From positions 2,855 to 66,854 of the forward strand of contig JABHWZ010000009.1 in assembly GCA_018657525.1 (NCBI GenBank): 64,000 bases of DNA. Reading direction: 5' to 3'. The position numbers were made by a program, and so were the translations under genes. The stretch is from an archaeon (GTDB lineage Archaea; Nanobdellota; Nanobdellia; Pacearchaeales; GW2011-AR1). Each line of letters begins with the position of its first letter. The first letter of the stretch is position 1. The notes below the pieces were generated by a model, which saw only the letters and a list, made by a program, of their open reading frames with translations, made no database searches and was not told the origin of the DNA. This document shows, piece after piece, positions 46,865-57,942 of this stretch.

Positions 46865-47176
46865 ATGAGAAATAAAAATTTTCCTTTGGCAAAAATATTG
46901 AATGTTACTGCAACAGAATATTTGGCTTCTGTCGGTAAGGAATTAAGTGACTATGAACTTAGGGGGGTACATCTGGAAACAGGCGAGTTATATAAAAAAG
47001 ATGATCCAGATTCTTTTGTAGAAGCATTTGCCGAAGTAGTTCCTAGAAACACAGAAGTTGTTGTAAATTATCAGATGAACGTAGGAACATCGCAATCTAG
47101 CTCTTTTTGGTTTGGTAGGCATCAGTTTGTATCATACAATGGAATAGGAATCGCTTTAGTTCCCAAGGAAATTTAA
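46865..47176 (+). CDS. Hypothetical protein
   Basis: 103-aa ORF after TTTATAAA; ends GIALVPK. Confidence 0.6.
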   Translation: MRNKNFPLAKILNVTATEYLASVGKELSDYELRGVHLETGELYKKDDPDSFVEAFAEVVPRNTEVVVNYQMNVGTSQSSSFWFGRHQFVSYNGIGIALVPKEI

Positions 47177-47181
47177 ATTTT

Positions 47182-48657
47182 TCATTTCAACAACTCAACT
47201 AAAATTTCTCTCGCTGTTTTATAATCTGCTCGTTTATTTGTTAAACGCATGACTTGTCCGATGAGGAAATTAATTGATTTTTCCTCTCCAGCCTTATAGT
47301 CTTTAACTGCTTTTGAATTTTCCCTAATTACTTCTTTTGCTATTTTTTCTATTTCTTCAGTATTTGAAATTGTTGCTGATTTTTTTGCTATGTTTTTTGG
47401 AGATTGTGATTTTTCTTTCCAGCTTCTTAAAATATCTTTGGCTTTAAGTTCTGTAAGTTTTTTCTTTTCTATTAATTCTAAAAGTTCTAGGAAATGTTCG
47501 TATTTTATTTCGGTATCTTCGAGGGTTATTTTGTTATAATTTAATACACTTAGTAATTCTTCTGTTGTCCATCTTATTGCTAAATTTTTGTTTTTTGTTT
47601 TTTCTACTACTTTTTCAAAGAATTCAACTAAGTCAATATTTTTTGTTAATATTCCTGCTGATTTTTCTGGGACTTTATATTTTTTAATTAATTTTTCTAG
47701 TTTTGTTTTTGGAGTTTCTGGAATTGATTTTTTTAATTTTTCAATTCTAGCTTTTGTAATTTTTATTGTAGGTAAATCTGGGTCTGAAATAAATCTGTAA
47801 TCTTGAGCCTCTTCCTTTGAACGCATTTTTGTTGTTGCTTGTTTTTGTGCATCATATCTTCGAGTTTCTTGATGAACTGGTAATTCTTTTTCTTGTCTGG
47901 CAATTTCTATATCAATTGAATTTTTTATATTAGTGATAGAGTTTACATTCTTTATTTCTATTCTGGTGTGATTTGTTTCTTTGATTGAAACATTAACGTC
48001 AGATTTTATTCCTGCTTTTTTATCAATGGCCTTTATGTAATCTAAATTTGTTATTAGTTGTTTTAACCATTCTTCAACTTCTTCAGAATTTTTGAAATCA
48101 GGTTCAGTAACTATTTCAATTAATGGACTTCCACTTCTATTGTAATCGATTTCTCCTGTTTGTGGATTCCATGCTGCTGGGTCTTCTTCAAGGTGGCACT
48201 CAGTTATTTTTATGCCTAAAAATTTTCCATTTTCTCCAATTGGAATTGCATGAGGTCCAGATAATGTGTTTTGGTAACCTTTTGGAAGGTCTGGCCAAGA
48301 ATAATGTTTTCTTTGCCAAGCGAGAGGACCCCTTGTTCCTCTCGCGCTCTCTCCTCGAAGCTCTGATACCCTGAAGGGCACGAGAGGGCGGCATCTTTTC
48401 TTTGCCTCCGATGGATACCGCATGTTTTTTATTCCATTTATTTTACATCCGAGAATTAATGCTATTTGAATTGCCTTGTCTATTGCAGAAGAATTTGGGG
48501 GCATTGGTTTACAACCAGGTTGCCCGGTACAAATTGGACAAATATTTGTGTTTGGTTTGGCGTGCTTTGCTCCGTGTTCAGCTTTACAAGTGCAAAATAG
48601 TTTCTCTTTGGTTTCAAGGTATCCGTGAATTTCTAAACCGATAATTGCTTTTGTCAT
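47182..48657 (-). CDS. gatB: Asp/Glu-tRNA amidotransferase subunit B with an in-frame insertion of about 35 aa
   Basis: IGLEIH, RKHYSWPDLPKGYQ, HLEED, DYNRSGSPLIEIVTEP, EIKNVNS, MRSKE..DYRF. Confidence 0.95.
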   Translation of the reverse strand: MTKAIIGLEIHGYLETKEKLFCTCKAEHGAKHAKPNTNICPICTGQPGCKPMPPNSSAIDKAIQIALILGCKINGIKNMRYPSEAKKRCRPLVPFRVSELRGESARGTRGPLAWQRKHYSWPDLPKGYQNTLSGPHAIPIGENGKFLGIKITECHLEEDPAAWNPQTGEIDYNRSGSPLIEIVTEPDFKNSEEVEEWLKQLITNLDYIKAIDKKAGIKSDVNVSIKETNHTRIEIKNVNSITNIKNSIDIEIARQEKELPVHQETRRYDAQKQATTKMRSKEEAQDYRFISDPDLPTIKITKARIEKLKKSIPETPKTKLEKLIKKYKVPEKSAGILTKNIDLVEFFEKVVEKTKNKNLAIRWTTEELLSVLNYNKITLEDTEIKYEHFLELLELIEKKKLTELKAKDILRSWKEKSQSPKNIAKKSATISNTEEIEKIAKEVIRENSKAVKDYKAGEEKSINFLIGQVMRLTNKRADYKTAREILVELLK

Positions 48658-48707
48658 ATTAGAATATGGAAAGATAGTTTTTTATATCTTTATCTTTTTG
48701 TTTTTTT

Positions 48708-49025
48708 ATGAGAGAATTTTCAAGGCATTCAAAATTTCTTTTTAATAGTTTGCATAATTTGGGTGCTGTTTTTGATGAGCAAGAATTAAGAACTGGATTA
48801 TTTACTTATGCTTGTGAATTTGCGACATTGGATGGATTTGATCCCGCCAAATCTACTAATTATTTGGAGTGGTTAATGTATGAAAAATTAATTCAAACCT
48901 TTAAATTTTGTAGAGAGGCTTACGAATTAGGGGGATTGGGATTGGAGATTAATATTCCCACTGATAAGATTTTGGATGGAGTATTAAAAGAGAAAGAGTC
49001 TTGTGTTTTTTCTTATATTAGATAA
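48708..49025 (+). CDS. Hypothetical protein
   Basis: 105-aa ORF. Confidence 0.5.
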   Translation: MREFSRHSKFLFNSLHNLGAVFDEQELRTGLFTYACEFATLDGFDPAKSTNYLEWLMYEKLIQTFKFCREAYELGGLGLEINIPTDKILDGVLKEKESCVFSYIR

Positions 49026-49054
49026 CTTTTTAACTAAACGCTTTCTTTAGGATT

Positions 49055-50338
49055 ATGGAAAAAACTAATGCAAAATCAGGGGATTACGTTGAAGTTCATT
49101 TGACTCAGAAAATTTATGAGGGAGTGCTTTTAGAGAGTTCTGAGGATGAGAAAAATATTATTTTGTTAAAGTTAGATAATGGGTATAATATTGGGTTTCT
49201 TAAAAAAGATATTCAGAAAATTATTGTTAATGAGAAGGCAAAGGAGAGTAAAGAAGAATTGAATATTAAGAAAGATAATTCAAAGCCGAATGTTGGAATG
49301 ATTATTACTGGAGGGACAATTGCTGCGCGTTTGAATCCAAAAAAGGGGGGAGTGGATTGGGTTGATACTCCTGAAAGTTTGTTTAAATATTATCCTGGGA
49401 TTTTTGATAAAGTAAATATTTCAAAAATTGATGTGCCATTTATGAAAGCATCAGAAGATATGGATTTTAAGGATTGGCAAAAAATTGCTCGGTCTGCTGA
49501 TAAGATGTTGAATGATTCAAATATACAAGGAATTATTGTTACGCATGGTACTGACTTTTTGCATTATACTTCTGCGGCTTTGAGTTTTTTTCTTAGAGAT
49601 TTAAATAAGCCGGTTGTTTTAACATATTCTCAGAGATCTATTGATCGAGCTTCATCAGATGCTAATTTAAATTTGCAATGTAGTGCTCTTGTTGCTATTT
49701 CAGATATTGCTGAAGTTATGTTAGTGGGGCATTCTTCATCTGATGATGATTATTGTGATGCAATGATTGGGACAAAGGTGAGAAAGTTACATTCGACTAA
49801 ACGAGCGGCGTTTAAATCGGTGAATGTGAAACCACTTGCGAAAGTTTATCCTGGGGAAATTGATATCCTCGGAAAATATCAGGTTAGAAATAAGGGCAAA
49901 GTTAAATTAGATATTAAGTTTGAGGAAAAAGTCGCTTTGGTTAAATTTTATCCTGGCATGTCTCCAGAGATTTTAGATTATTATTTGAAAAAAAAGTATA
50001 ATGGAATTGTTTTGGAGATGGGGGCTTTAGGTCACGTGGCAACTAAAAGGGCTAGATTAGGTTGGACTAAAAAGTTAAAAGAAGTGCAAGAGAAAGGGAT
50101 GATTGTTTGTGGGGTTACTCAATGTATTTTTGGCCGGACTGATCCGTTAGTTTATTCTAATGGGCGAGAGCTTTTAGCAACGGGAATTATTTATCTAGAA
50201 GATATGTTAGCAGAAACAGCTTTTGTAAAATTGGGGTGGGTTTTAGGTCATGAAGATTGGGCGAAAGATAAAGAATTAGTTAAAGAGAAAATGTTGGAAA
50301 ATATTGCTGGAGAATTAAACGATAGATTAGAAGAATGA
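49055..50338 (+). CDS. gatD: Glu-tRNA(Gln) amidotransferase subunit D
   Basis: KLDNGYNIG, TGGTIA, HGTD, SQRSIDRASSD, RKLHSTKRAAF, VKLGWVLG. Confidence 0.96.
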   Translation: MEKTNAKSGDYVEVHLTQKIYEGVLLESSEDEKNIILLKLDNGYNIGFLKKDIQKIIVNEKAKESKEELNIKKDNSKPNVGMIITGGTIAARLNPKKGGVDWVDTPESLFKYYPGIFDKVNISKIDVPFMKASEDMDFKDWQKIARSADKMLNDSNIQGIIVTHGTDFLHYTSAALSFFLRDLNKPVVLTYSQRSIDRASSDANLNLQCSALVAISDIAEVMLVGHSSSDDDYCDAMIGTKVRKLHSTKRAAFKSVNVKPLAKVYPGEIDILGKYQVRNKGKVKLDIKFEEKVALVKFYPGMSPEILDYYLKKKYNGIVLEMGALGHVATKRARLGWTKKLKEVQEKGMIVCGVTQCIFGRTDPLVYSNGRELLATGIIYLEDMLAETAFVKLGWVLGHEDWAKDKELVKEKMLENIAGELNDRLEE

Positions 50339-51063
50339 AAATTGATTTACATGCACATTTAGAGATGTGTGAAAATTCTGAAAAGGTTATTTCAAATGCG
50401 AAAAGTGTTTTAATTGTGGCTGCGGGAGTTGATTTGAATTCTAATAAAAAAGTTTTGGAGTTTTCTGAAAATTTTGAAAATGTAAAATGTTCTTTTGGAC
50501 TTTATCCAATTGAGGCTTTGGAATTATCTGGGAAAGAACTACAGAAAGAATTGGATTTTATTGAAAAAAATAAAAATAAAATAATTGCAATTGGGGAAGT
50601 TGGAATTGATTTGAAAGAATCAGATAATTTGGAAAAGCAGAGAAATAATTTTTTGAAAATAATTGAGTTAGCTAAGAAAATAGATAAACCTTTGATTGTG
50701 CATTCGCGGAAATCTGAAAAAGAGATTCTTGAAATTTTAGAACAGGAAAAGGTTAAGAGGGTGGTGATGCATTGTTTTTCTGGAAATTTTAAATTAGTAA
50801 AACGTATTGTTGAAAATGGCTGGTCTTTTAGTATCCCAACTTGTGTTAAGAGAAGTGAGCATTTTCAGAAGATTATTTTAGAAGTTCCAATTGAAAATTT
50901 ATTTTGTGAAACTGATTCTCCGTTTTTACATCCAGATGGAGAAAAAAATAATGAACCTAAAAATGTTATTGAGAGTTATAAAATGATTTCAAAAATAAAA
51001 AAATTAAGTTTAAAAGAAGTTGAGAAAAAGATTGAAGAAAATTTTGAGAGATTATTTTTTTAA
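50335..51063 (+). CDS. TatD family nuclease
   Basis: IDLHAHL, IGEVGID, VHSR, MHCFSG, ETDSPFL. Confidence 0.93.
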   Translation: MKIDLHAHLEMCENSEKVISNAKSVLIVAAGVDLNSNKKVLEFSENFENVKCSFGLYPIEALELSGKELQKELDFIEKNKNKIIAIGEVGIDLKESDNLEKQRNNFLKIIELAKKIDKPLIVHSRKSEKEILEILEQEKVKRVVMHCFSGNFKLVKRIVENGWSFSIPTCVKRSEHFQKIILEVPIENLFCETDSPFLHPDGEKNNEPKNVIESYKMISKIKKLSLKEVEKKIEENFERLFF

Positions 51064-51492
51064 AAGTCTTTTTTCAATTCTGTTTAGTTGTGTTTGAATT
51101 TCCCCGATTTCTTTTTTTGCTTTTCTGTTTACTGCATAATCATATTGCGCTCTAATTCTGTCTTTTTGTGATTCTCTATTTTGACTCATTAAAATTATTG
51201 GAGCTTGAAGTGCCGCTAAACAAGATAAAACTAAATTAAGTAGGATAAATGGATAAGGATCAAAAGGGTCACCTTTTAGATATTTTTGTAAGAAAAGAGC
51301 GTTGGCGACGATCCATAAAATTAGGAAGAATAAAAAACTTAATATAAATGTCCAGGATCCGGCCCATTTTGTTATTGAGTCTGCTGCTTTTTGTCCAAAA
51401 GTTTTGGGAATTTTAAATGTTGGATGCTGGAGAGTCAGAAAATCTATTCCTTTTTTTAATGGGTTTGTTATTTTTTTCACTTCTTTTTTCAT
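51052..51492 (-). CDS. DUF1003 family membrane protein
   Basis: GSWTFI, FDPYPFILLNLVLS..QAPIILMSQNR. Confidence 0.92.
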   Translation of the reverse strand: MKKEVKKITNPLKKGIDFLTLQHPTFKIPKTFGQKAADSITKWAGSWTFILSFLFFLILWIVANALFLQKYLKGDPFDPYPFILLNLVLSCLAALQAPIILMSQNRESQKDRIRAQYDYAVNRKAKKEIGEIQTQLNRIEKRLLKK

Positions 51493-51606
51493 GTTTAACT
51501 TACGGAGAGGGTTTTTATAAATCTTTTCTGGTTTGTTATTCAGTGTTGTAACTCTTAGGGAGTAAAGAATAGAAAGATTTATAAGTAAAAGAGGGCTAAT
51601 GATAGT

Positions 51607-51897
51607 ATGGCAAGAAAAAATAAAAAAACAAAGAAGAAGGGTGGAATTGTTGGAGAGATTGAATTAGGAAGATTGCCTCCGGCTTTGGGTAACTTAGCTT
51701 GCTCTGTTTTTAAGGATTCTAAACATGCAGGAAATTCTAGAAAAATTTATCATAATCAACAAGGGCACTTCTTTGGCGAAGGTCCCTTTGTAGAGTTTGT
51801 TGGGAAAGGGAATAAGGGAAGACTTGTTTTAGATTTTGGTTCTGGAGAAGTTTACGCTACTTTGGATCATCATAATAGTTATAGATTGGTTGTTTAA
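51607..51897 (+). CDS. Barnase/RNase Sa-like ribonuclease (putative)
   Basis: YHNQQGHF..FVEF..GRLVL..GEVYATLDHHNSY resembles FxNxEGxL..E..R..YYTxDHY. Confidence 0.65.
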   Translation: MARKNKKTKKKGGIVGEIELGRLPPALGNLACSVFKDSKHAGNSRKIYHNQQGHFFGEGPFVEFVGKGNKGRLVLDFGSGEVYATLDHHNSYRLVV

Positions 51898-51937
51898 TTC
51901 CCACTAAATTAATAAACTCTTTTTTCTATTTAATTTT

Positions 51938-53431
51938 ATGGCAATAGCACCTAAGGGCGTACTCCGAAATATGTCTAAGGAAATATTTACTAAAGGCAAT
52001 TATGAAAAATTAAAGTTTAAATCTGGTTTAGAGATTCATCAGCAGTTGGATACTGGAAAGCTTTTTTGTAATTGTCCGTCTGTTTTGAGAAAAGGTGAAC
52101 CGGATTTTGAAGTCAAGAGAAATCTTCATGCGGTTGCTGGCGAGAGTGGAGAAGTGGATGTTGCGGCACTTTATCAGACTTTTTTGAAAAAAGATTTTGT
52201 TTATCAAGGTTACGATGAGAATACTTGTCTTGTTGAATTAGATGAAGAGCCTCCACATGAAATTAATAAGGATGCTTTAAAAATCGCGGTTCAGATTGCT
52301 CTTTTAATGAATATGAAAATTTTTCCAATTACTCAGATTATGCGGAAGACGGTTATTGATGGTTCTAATACTTCTGGGTTTCAGAGAACAGCTATGATTG
52401 CTCGTGATGGTTTTGTTGAAACTTCTTTTGGGAAAGTTAAAATTGAGGCATTGTTTTTGGAAGAGGATTCTGCAAGGAATCTTAAGCGGGAAAAAACTGT
52501 TGAAATATATAAATTAGATAGATTGGGGATTCCATTAGTGGAAGTTGTGACTGCGCCAGAGATTAAAAATGCGGAGCATGCCAAAGAAGTTGCTTTGAAG
52601 ATTGGAGAAATTCTTCGTAGTTGTAAAGTTAGAAGGGGAATCGGAACTATTCGTCAGGATGTTAATGTTTCTATTCGAGGAGAGAATCGTGTTGAGATTA
52701 AAGGGATGCAGAATATGGATACTTTTGTGAAAGGAATTGAAAATGAGATTTTGAGACAAGAAGAACTTTCTGATGCTGGTAAGCCAGTTGAAAATGAAGT
52801 TAGGAATATTTTGCCAGACGCGAAGACAGAATTTTTGAGACCGCTGCCGGGTTCGTCTAGAATGTATCCTGAAACAGATTTGCCTTTGTTGAAAATTTCT
52901 AGAGATTTTATTAATGATGCAAAAAAGACTTTACCTAAACTCCGTGGAGAATTGGAGGGAGAGCTGAAGAGTAGAGGATTGAATGAGGAGATGATTAAAT
53001 TATTGTTTAAACGGAGAAAAGTTAATGAATTTAAGGATTTGCTTTCGGTTTATAATCAGACAGATTTTTTAGCTAAGTTGATTTTAATGTTTCCGAAGGA
53101 GATTGCCAAAAAAGAGAAATTAGCTTTAGAAAAAGTTGAGGAAATTTTTGAAGACAATTATGTTTCTATTTTGAATGCTTTAGAAAAAAATAAAATTTCT
53201 GAAGGAGATGTTAAAGATGTTTTAGTTAGTTTAGTAAAGGGAGAGGATTTTGAAAAAGCGATTAAGATTGAGAGAGTAGATGTTGGAGATGTTGAAGAGA
53301 GAATTATAAAATTAATTAATGAGAATCCTGGGCTTCGACCGAATGCGTACATGGGGTTGGTGATGAAAGAATTTGGGGGAAAGATTAATGGGGGAGAGGT
53401 TATGGAAATTATTGGAAAGTATTTGAAGTGA
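51938..53431 (+). CDS. gatE: Glu-tRNA(Gln) amidotransferase subunit E (compact form)
   Basis: GLEIHQQLDTGKLFC, MRKTVIDGSNTSGFQRT, LDRLGIPLVE, GTIRQDVN, RPLPGSSRMYPETD; alternative start 51971. Confidence 0.96.
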   Translation: MAIAPKGVLRNMSKEIFTKGNYEKLKFKSGLEIHQQLDTGKLFCNCPSVLRKGEPDFEVKRNLHAVAGESGEVDVAALYQTFLKKDFVYQGYDENTCLVELDEEPPHEINKDALKIAVQIALLMNMKIFPITQIMRKTVIDGSNTSGFQRTAMIARDGFVETSFGKVKIEALFLEEDSARNLKREKTVEIYKLDRLGIPLVEVVTAPEIKNAEHAKEVALKIGEILRSCKVRRGIGTIRQDVNVSIRGENRVEIKGMQNMDTFVKGIENEILRQEELSDAGKPVENEVRNILPDAKTEFLRPLPGSSRMYPETDLPLLKISRDFINDAKKTLPKLRGELEGELKSRGLNEEMIKLLFKRRKVNEFKDLLSVYNQTDFLAKLILMFPKEIAKKEKLALEKVEEIFEDNYVSILNALEKNKISEGDVKDVLVSLVKGEDFEKAIKIERVDVGDVEERIIKLINENPGLRPNAYMGLVMKEFGGKINGGEVMEIIGKYLK

Positions 53432-53441
53432 AAAAATTTAT

Positions 53442-53587
53442 TTTTAATTTAATCAACTCTCAATCACGCTCGCAGTTTTTTATGGATTATTCTGCTACCA
53501 CGTAATTGTTCGCCCACCCTTTTTGTGGTTTTCCGCGAACCCAAATTGCAAAATCTCTTAGGAGATTTTGTTATGATTAAATTAAAA
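53442..53587. repeat. MITE-like structured element between convergent gatE and tgt
   Basis: 14-bp terminal inverted repeat TTTTAATTTAATCA/TGATTAAATTAAAA; internal hairpin CAAAATCTC-TTAG-GAGATTTTG. Confidence 0.65.
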
Positions 53588-53612
53588 TTATTTCTAATAG
53601 ATATATGAATTT

Positions 53613-54755
<1,143 letters not shown>

Positions 54756-54848
54756 TTAGTGAGTTAGCCTTAAAATTTATCTGTTTTTCTTATTTTATAC
54801 AATTTTTAATAAAAGAATATTTATAAATGCTAATCATTGAGTATATTT

Positions 54849-56255
54849 ATGTTAAGAGATTATGATTTGGGAGAAGTGGACGAATCTTTAATTGGGAAGA
54901 AAGTTCGACTTGTTGGTTGGGCTGACACTATTCGTGAACATGGAAATGTTACTTTTATTGATTTGAGGGATAGGTACGGTAAAGTTCAGTGTGTGATAAT
55001 TAAGAAAAATTCTGATTTTGAGGAAGCTAAAAAATTGACGACTGAGTCTTGCGTTCAGATTGAAGGGCAGGTTAATGAAAGGCCGAAGGGGACAGAAAAT
55101 AAAGAGTTGGGTTCTGGGAAAGTGGAAATTTTTATTGATAAGCTGGAGATTTTGAGTTTAGCTGAGCCGCTTCCTTTTGAATTGGGGAAGGATGATGTTA
55201 ATGAGGATTTGAGATTAAGATACAGGTATTTGGATTTGCGAAGACCTGCAATGGTTAAAAATTTGGAGCTGAGACATAAGATGATTAATTTTATTAGAAA
55301 TTATCTTGATGAGAAAAAGTTTTTGGAAGTAACAACTCCAATGTTGACTAAGTCTACACCAGAGGGGGCTAGAGATTTTATTGTTCCTTCAAGACTTCAT
55401 CCTGGAAAGTTTTATGCTTTGCCTCAAAGTCCGCAACAATATAAACAATTATTAATGGTGGCTGGAATTGATAAATATTTTCAAATTGCTCCGTGTTTTA
55501 GGGATGAAGATGCTAGGGCAGATAGAAGTCCCGGAGAATTTTATCAGTTGGATATGGAAATGAGTTTTGTTGATCAAAAAGATATTTTAGATTTGGTGGA
55601 AGAAATGATGTTGAAGCTTGTTAAAGAATTATTGCCAGATAAAAAGTTGACCTTTGATAAGTTTCCTAGATTAAGTTATGATGAAGTTATGAAAAAGTAT
55701 GGAACTGATAAACCTGATTTGAGAAAAAATAAAGAAGATCCGAATGAATTAGCTTTTGCGTGGATTGTTGATTTTCCGCTTTTTGAAGAAGAGAAAACTG
55801 AGGGAAATTATGCTCCGATGCATCATATGTTTACTCAGCCTAAAGCAGATGATTTAAGATTCTTAAATAAAAAAAATGCACATAAAGTTAAATCTTATCA
55901 GCATGATTTGGTGTTGAATGGGTTTGAGGTTGGGGGGGGTTCAGTGAGGATACATGATGCAGAAATTCAAAAGAAAATTTTTGATTTAATTGGTTTTTCC
56001 GACGAGCAGAAAAAATATTTTGAGCATATGTTGACTGCGTTTAAATATGGGGTTCCGCCACACGGAGGAATTGCTCCTGGCATTGATAGGTTGATTATGG
56101 TTTTATTAGGACAGCCTAGCTTGAGAGAGGTTATTGCATTTCCAAAGAATAAAGAAGCAAAGGATGTTTTGATGGACGCGCCTTCTTTTGTGGATAAGAA
56201 ACAGTTGAAAGATGTTTCTATAAAATCAGATTTGCCTAAAAAAGAGAAGAGGTAG
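54849..56255 (+). CDS. aspS: Aspartate--tRNA ligase, bacterial type lacking most of the GAD insert, probably non-discriminating
   Basis: REHG..FIDLRD, RYRYLDLR, STPEGARDF, YALPQSPQ, CFRDED, EFYQLDME, GGGSVRIH, PPHGGIAPGIDR. Confidence 0.95.
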   Translation: MLRDYDLGEVDESLIGKKVRLVGWADTIREHGNVTFIDLRDRYGKVQCVIIKKNSDFEEAKKLTTESCVQIEGQVNERPKGTENKELGSGKVEIFIDKLEILSLAEPLPFELGKDDVNEDLRLRYRYLDLRRPAMVKNLELRHKMINFIRNYLDEKKFLEVTTPMLTKSTPEGARDFIVPSRLHPGKFYALPQSPQQYKQLLMVAGIDKYFQIAPCFRDEDARADRSPGEFYQLDMEMSFVDQKDILDLVEEMMLKLVKELLPDKKLTFDKFPRLSYDEVMKKYGTDKPDLRKNKEDPNELAFAWIVDFPLFEEEKTEGNYAPMHHMFTQPKADDLRFLNKKNAHKVKSYQHDLVLNGFEVGGGSVRIHDAEIQKKIFDLIGFSDEQKKYFEHMLTAFKYGVPPHGGIAPGIDRLIMVLLGQPSLREVIAFPKNKEAKDVLMDAPSFVDKKQLKDVSIKSDLPKKEKR

Positions 56256-56257
56256 AA

Positions 56258-56995
56258 TTAGTTTATGTGAAGTATTGTTTTTGGGAGGTATAATTTAGCT
56301 TCACGAGCAGGATCAGAATAATCCTCACCTAATTCTTGTAACTGAGCTGAATTACAAACAATCGAATAAGGATTATTGAAACATCCTTTTTGTAAACAGT
56401 AAGCTAGGTCGATTAATTCATCTTTAGTGTTTTCGGGAGAACAACTAAAACAAATAAATGGATGGAACCTGAGTTTTGCAGTTTCCATTAATCCCTGAAG
56501 AACTCCTCCAATATTTAATGAAGGTGTTCCGATTGAAGTTTCTTTGTAGTTTAGGTGTTTTCCATTATGGCCGAATCTTTCTTTAAAATATGCATCCCCT
56601 TCTTTCTGAGTCATGTATATTTTTCTTGGATCCTCTTGATGAGCTTGAATCATTTTTTGTAATTTTGAATTATTTGCAATTTGAGTGTTTTTACTTAGAG
56701 TTTCCAAAACATGTGCAATTGTTTCTTTAGCGTTAGCTTCATAATCTGAAGTGCAGTTAACCCCAATGTAAGGAAAGGGGGAATCGAATGTAATTTCCTC
56801 TAATTTTTCTAAAGTTTTTCCTATTTCTGTCCATTTTTTTGGATTATCACAAACTAATAAAAATCCTCTTGTTTCTGTTAAAAGTGATCTCCCTGATTCA
56901 GAAAAACTTATTAAGGTTTTTGCTGCTTGAGTGTAATCTCGAATAGAAAAATTTTGCTGTTTGTAAGTTTGTGTTCCGATTGTTAATTCTTTCAT
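56258..56995 (-). CDS. Hypothetical protein
   Basis: 245-aa ORF with no recognised motif. Confidence 0.6.
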   Translation of the reverse strand: MKELTIGTQTYKQQNFSIRDYTQAAKTLISFSESGRSLLTETRGFLLVCDNPKKWTEIGKTLEKLEEITFDSPFPYIGVNCTSDYEANAKETIAHVLETLSKNTQIANNSKLQKMIQAHQEDPRKIYMTQKEGDAYFKERFGHNGKHLNYKETSIGTPSLNIGGVLQGLMETAKLRFHPFICFSCSPENTKDELIDLAYCLQKGCFNNPYSIVCNSAQLQELGEDYSDPAREAKLYLPKTILHIN

Positions 56996-57130
56996 AAAAT
57001 TAGTCGAGTAATTTTGTTTTTAAATCTTCCCTCTATCTTTTTCTGTTAGATAAAAATTTTTAAAAGAGAAGAAGAAATAATTTATTTAGTTTTTGAAAGA
57101 TTTTATAAATAAGTTTAGATTTGTGTTTTT

Positions 57131-57913
57131 ATGAGAATTGCAGTTATGGGGGATCCGCATGGAGTAAAAGTTCCTAAATCAAAAATTGGAAAAGTTGATG
57201 CGGTTTTGATTACGGGAGATATTGGGAAAGCCGATTTAGCTAGAGCGAATTTTTTTAAAAAAATAAAAAATTCTGATTATGAACCTTCTAAAAAAGAAGA
57301 GAGAGATGCCTTTATGGAAGTTCATAATTCTTCAATGGATGTTTTGAAACATTATTCAGATATTGCTCCTGTTTATTTTGTATTTGGAAATGTTGAACAG
57401 CATGATTTTGAGGTTCGAAAATTAGCTCAAAGGATTGGATACAAACTTCCATTGTTTGTTGAAAAAGTTAAAAAGATGAACAGTGTGGGGATAATCAATA
57501 ACAGATTTGTAAATCTTGGAGGATTTAGAGTTGGAGGATTAGAATATTTTGTTGATACTTCTTGGGTAAGGGAATTTAAACCAGATGATTATTCTAAAAA
57601 GTTGAAGAAAGCGCGAAGGGAATCAGAGAAGGTCAAGAAAGTTTTGAATTGGTTTGGCAATAGAATTGATGTTTTGTTATGTCATCAACCTCCTTATGGG
57701 GTTTTGGATAAAGTTAATTTTCCGGGAGTTCCAGATAATTGGAAAGGAAAACATGCGGGAAGTAAAGTTATTTTAGATTATCTTAAAAAATATCAACTGA
57801 AATATGTTTGTTGTGGGCATATCCATGAGGGAGAAGGTAAAGCAAGAGTTGGTAAAACTGAGGTTTATAATTTAGGTTCTAGTGGTAATTTTAGAATTTT
57901 AGATATCAAATAA
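57131..57913 (+). CDS. Calcineurin-like metallophosphoesterase
   Basis: GDPHG, TGD, GN, HQPPYG, HAGS, CGHIHE. Confidence 0.9.
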   Translation: MRIAVMGDPHGVKVPKSKIGKVDAVLITGDIGKADLARANFFKKIKNSDYEPSKKEERDAFMEVHNSSMDVLKHYSDIAPVYFVFGNVEQHDFEVRKLAQRIGYKLPLFVEKVKKMNSVGIINNRFVNLGGFRVGGLEYFVDTSWVREFKPDDYSKKLKKARRESEKVKKVLNWFGNRIDVLLCHQPPYGVLDKVNFPGVPDNWKGKHAGSKVILDYLKKYQLKYVCCGHIHEGEGKARVGKTEVYNLGSSGNFRILDIK

Positions 57914-57942
57914 CTTATAAATCCTGTTTCTTTAATTTTTTT

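Noticed and set aside
48319..48423. Intein or group I/II intron in gatB
   Set aside because: Far too short, with no intein terminal residues or ribozyme core; a bulge-helix-bulge intron could not be demonstrated by eye
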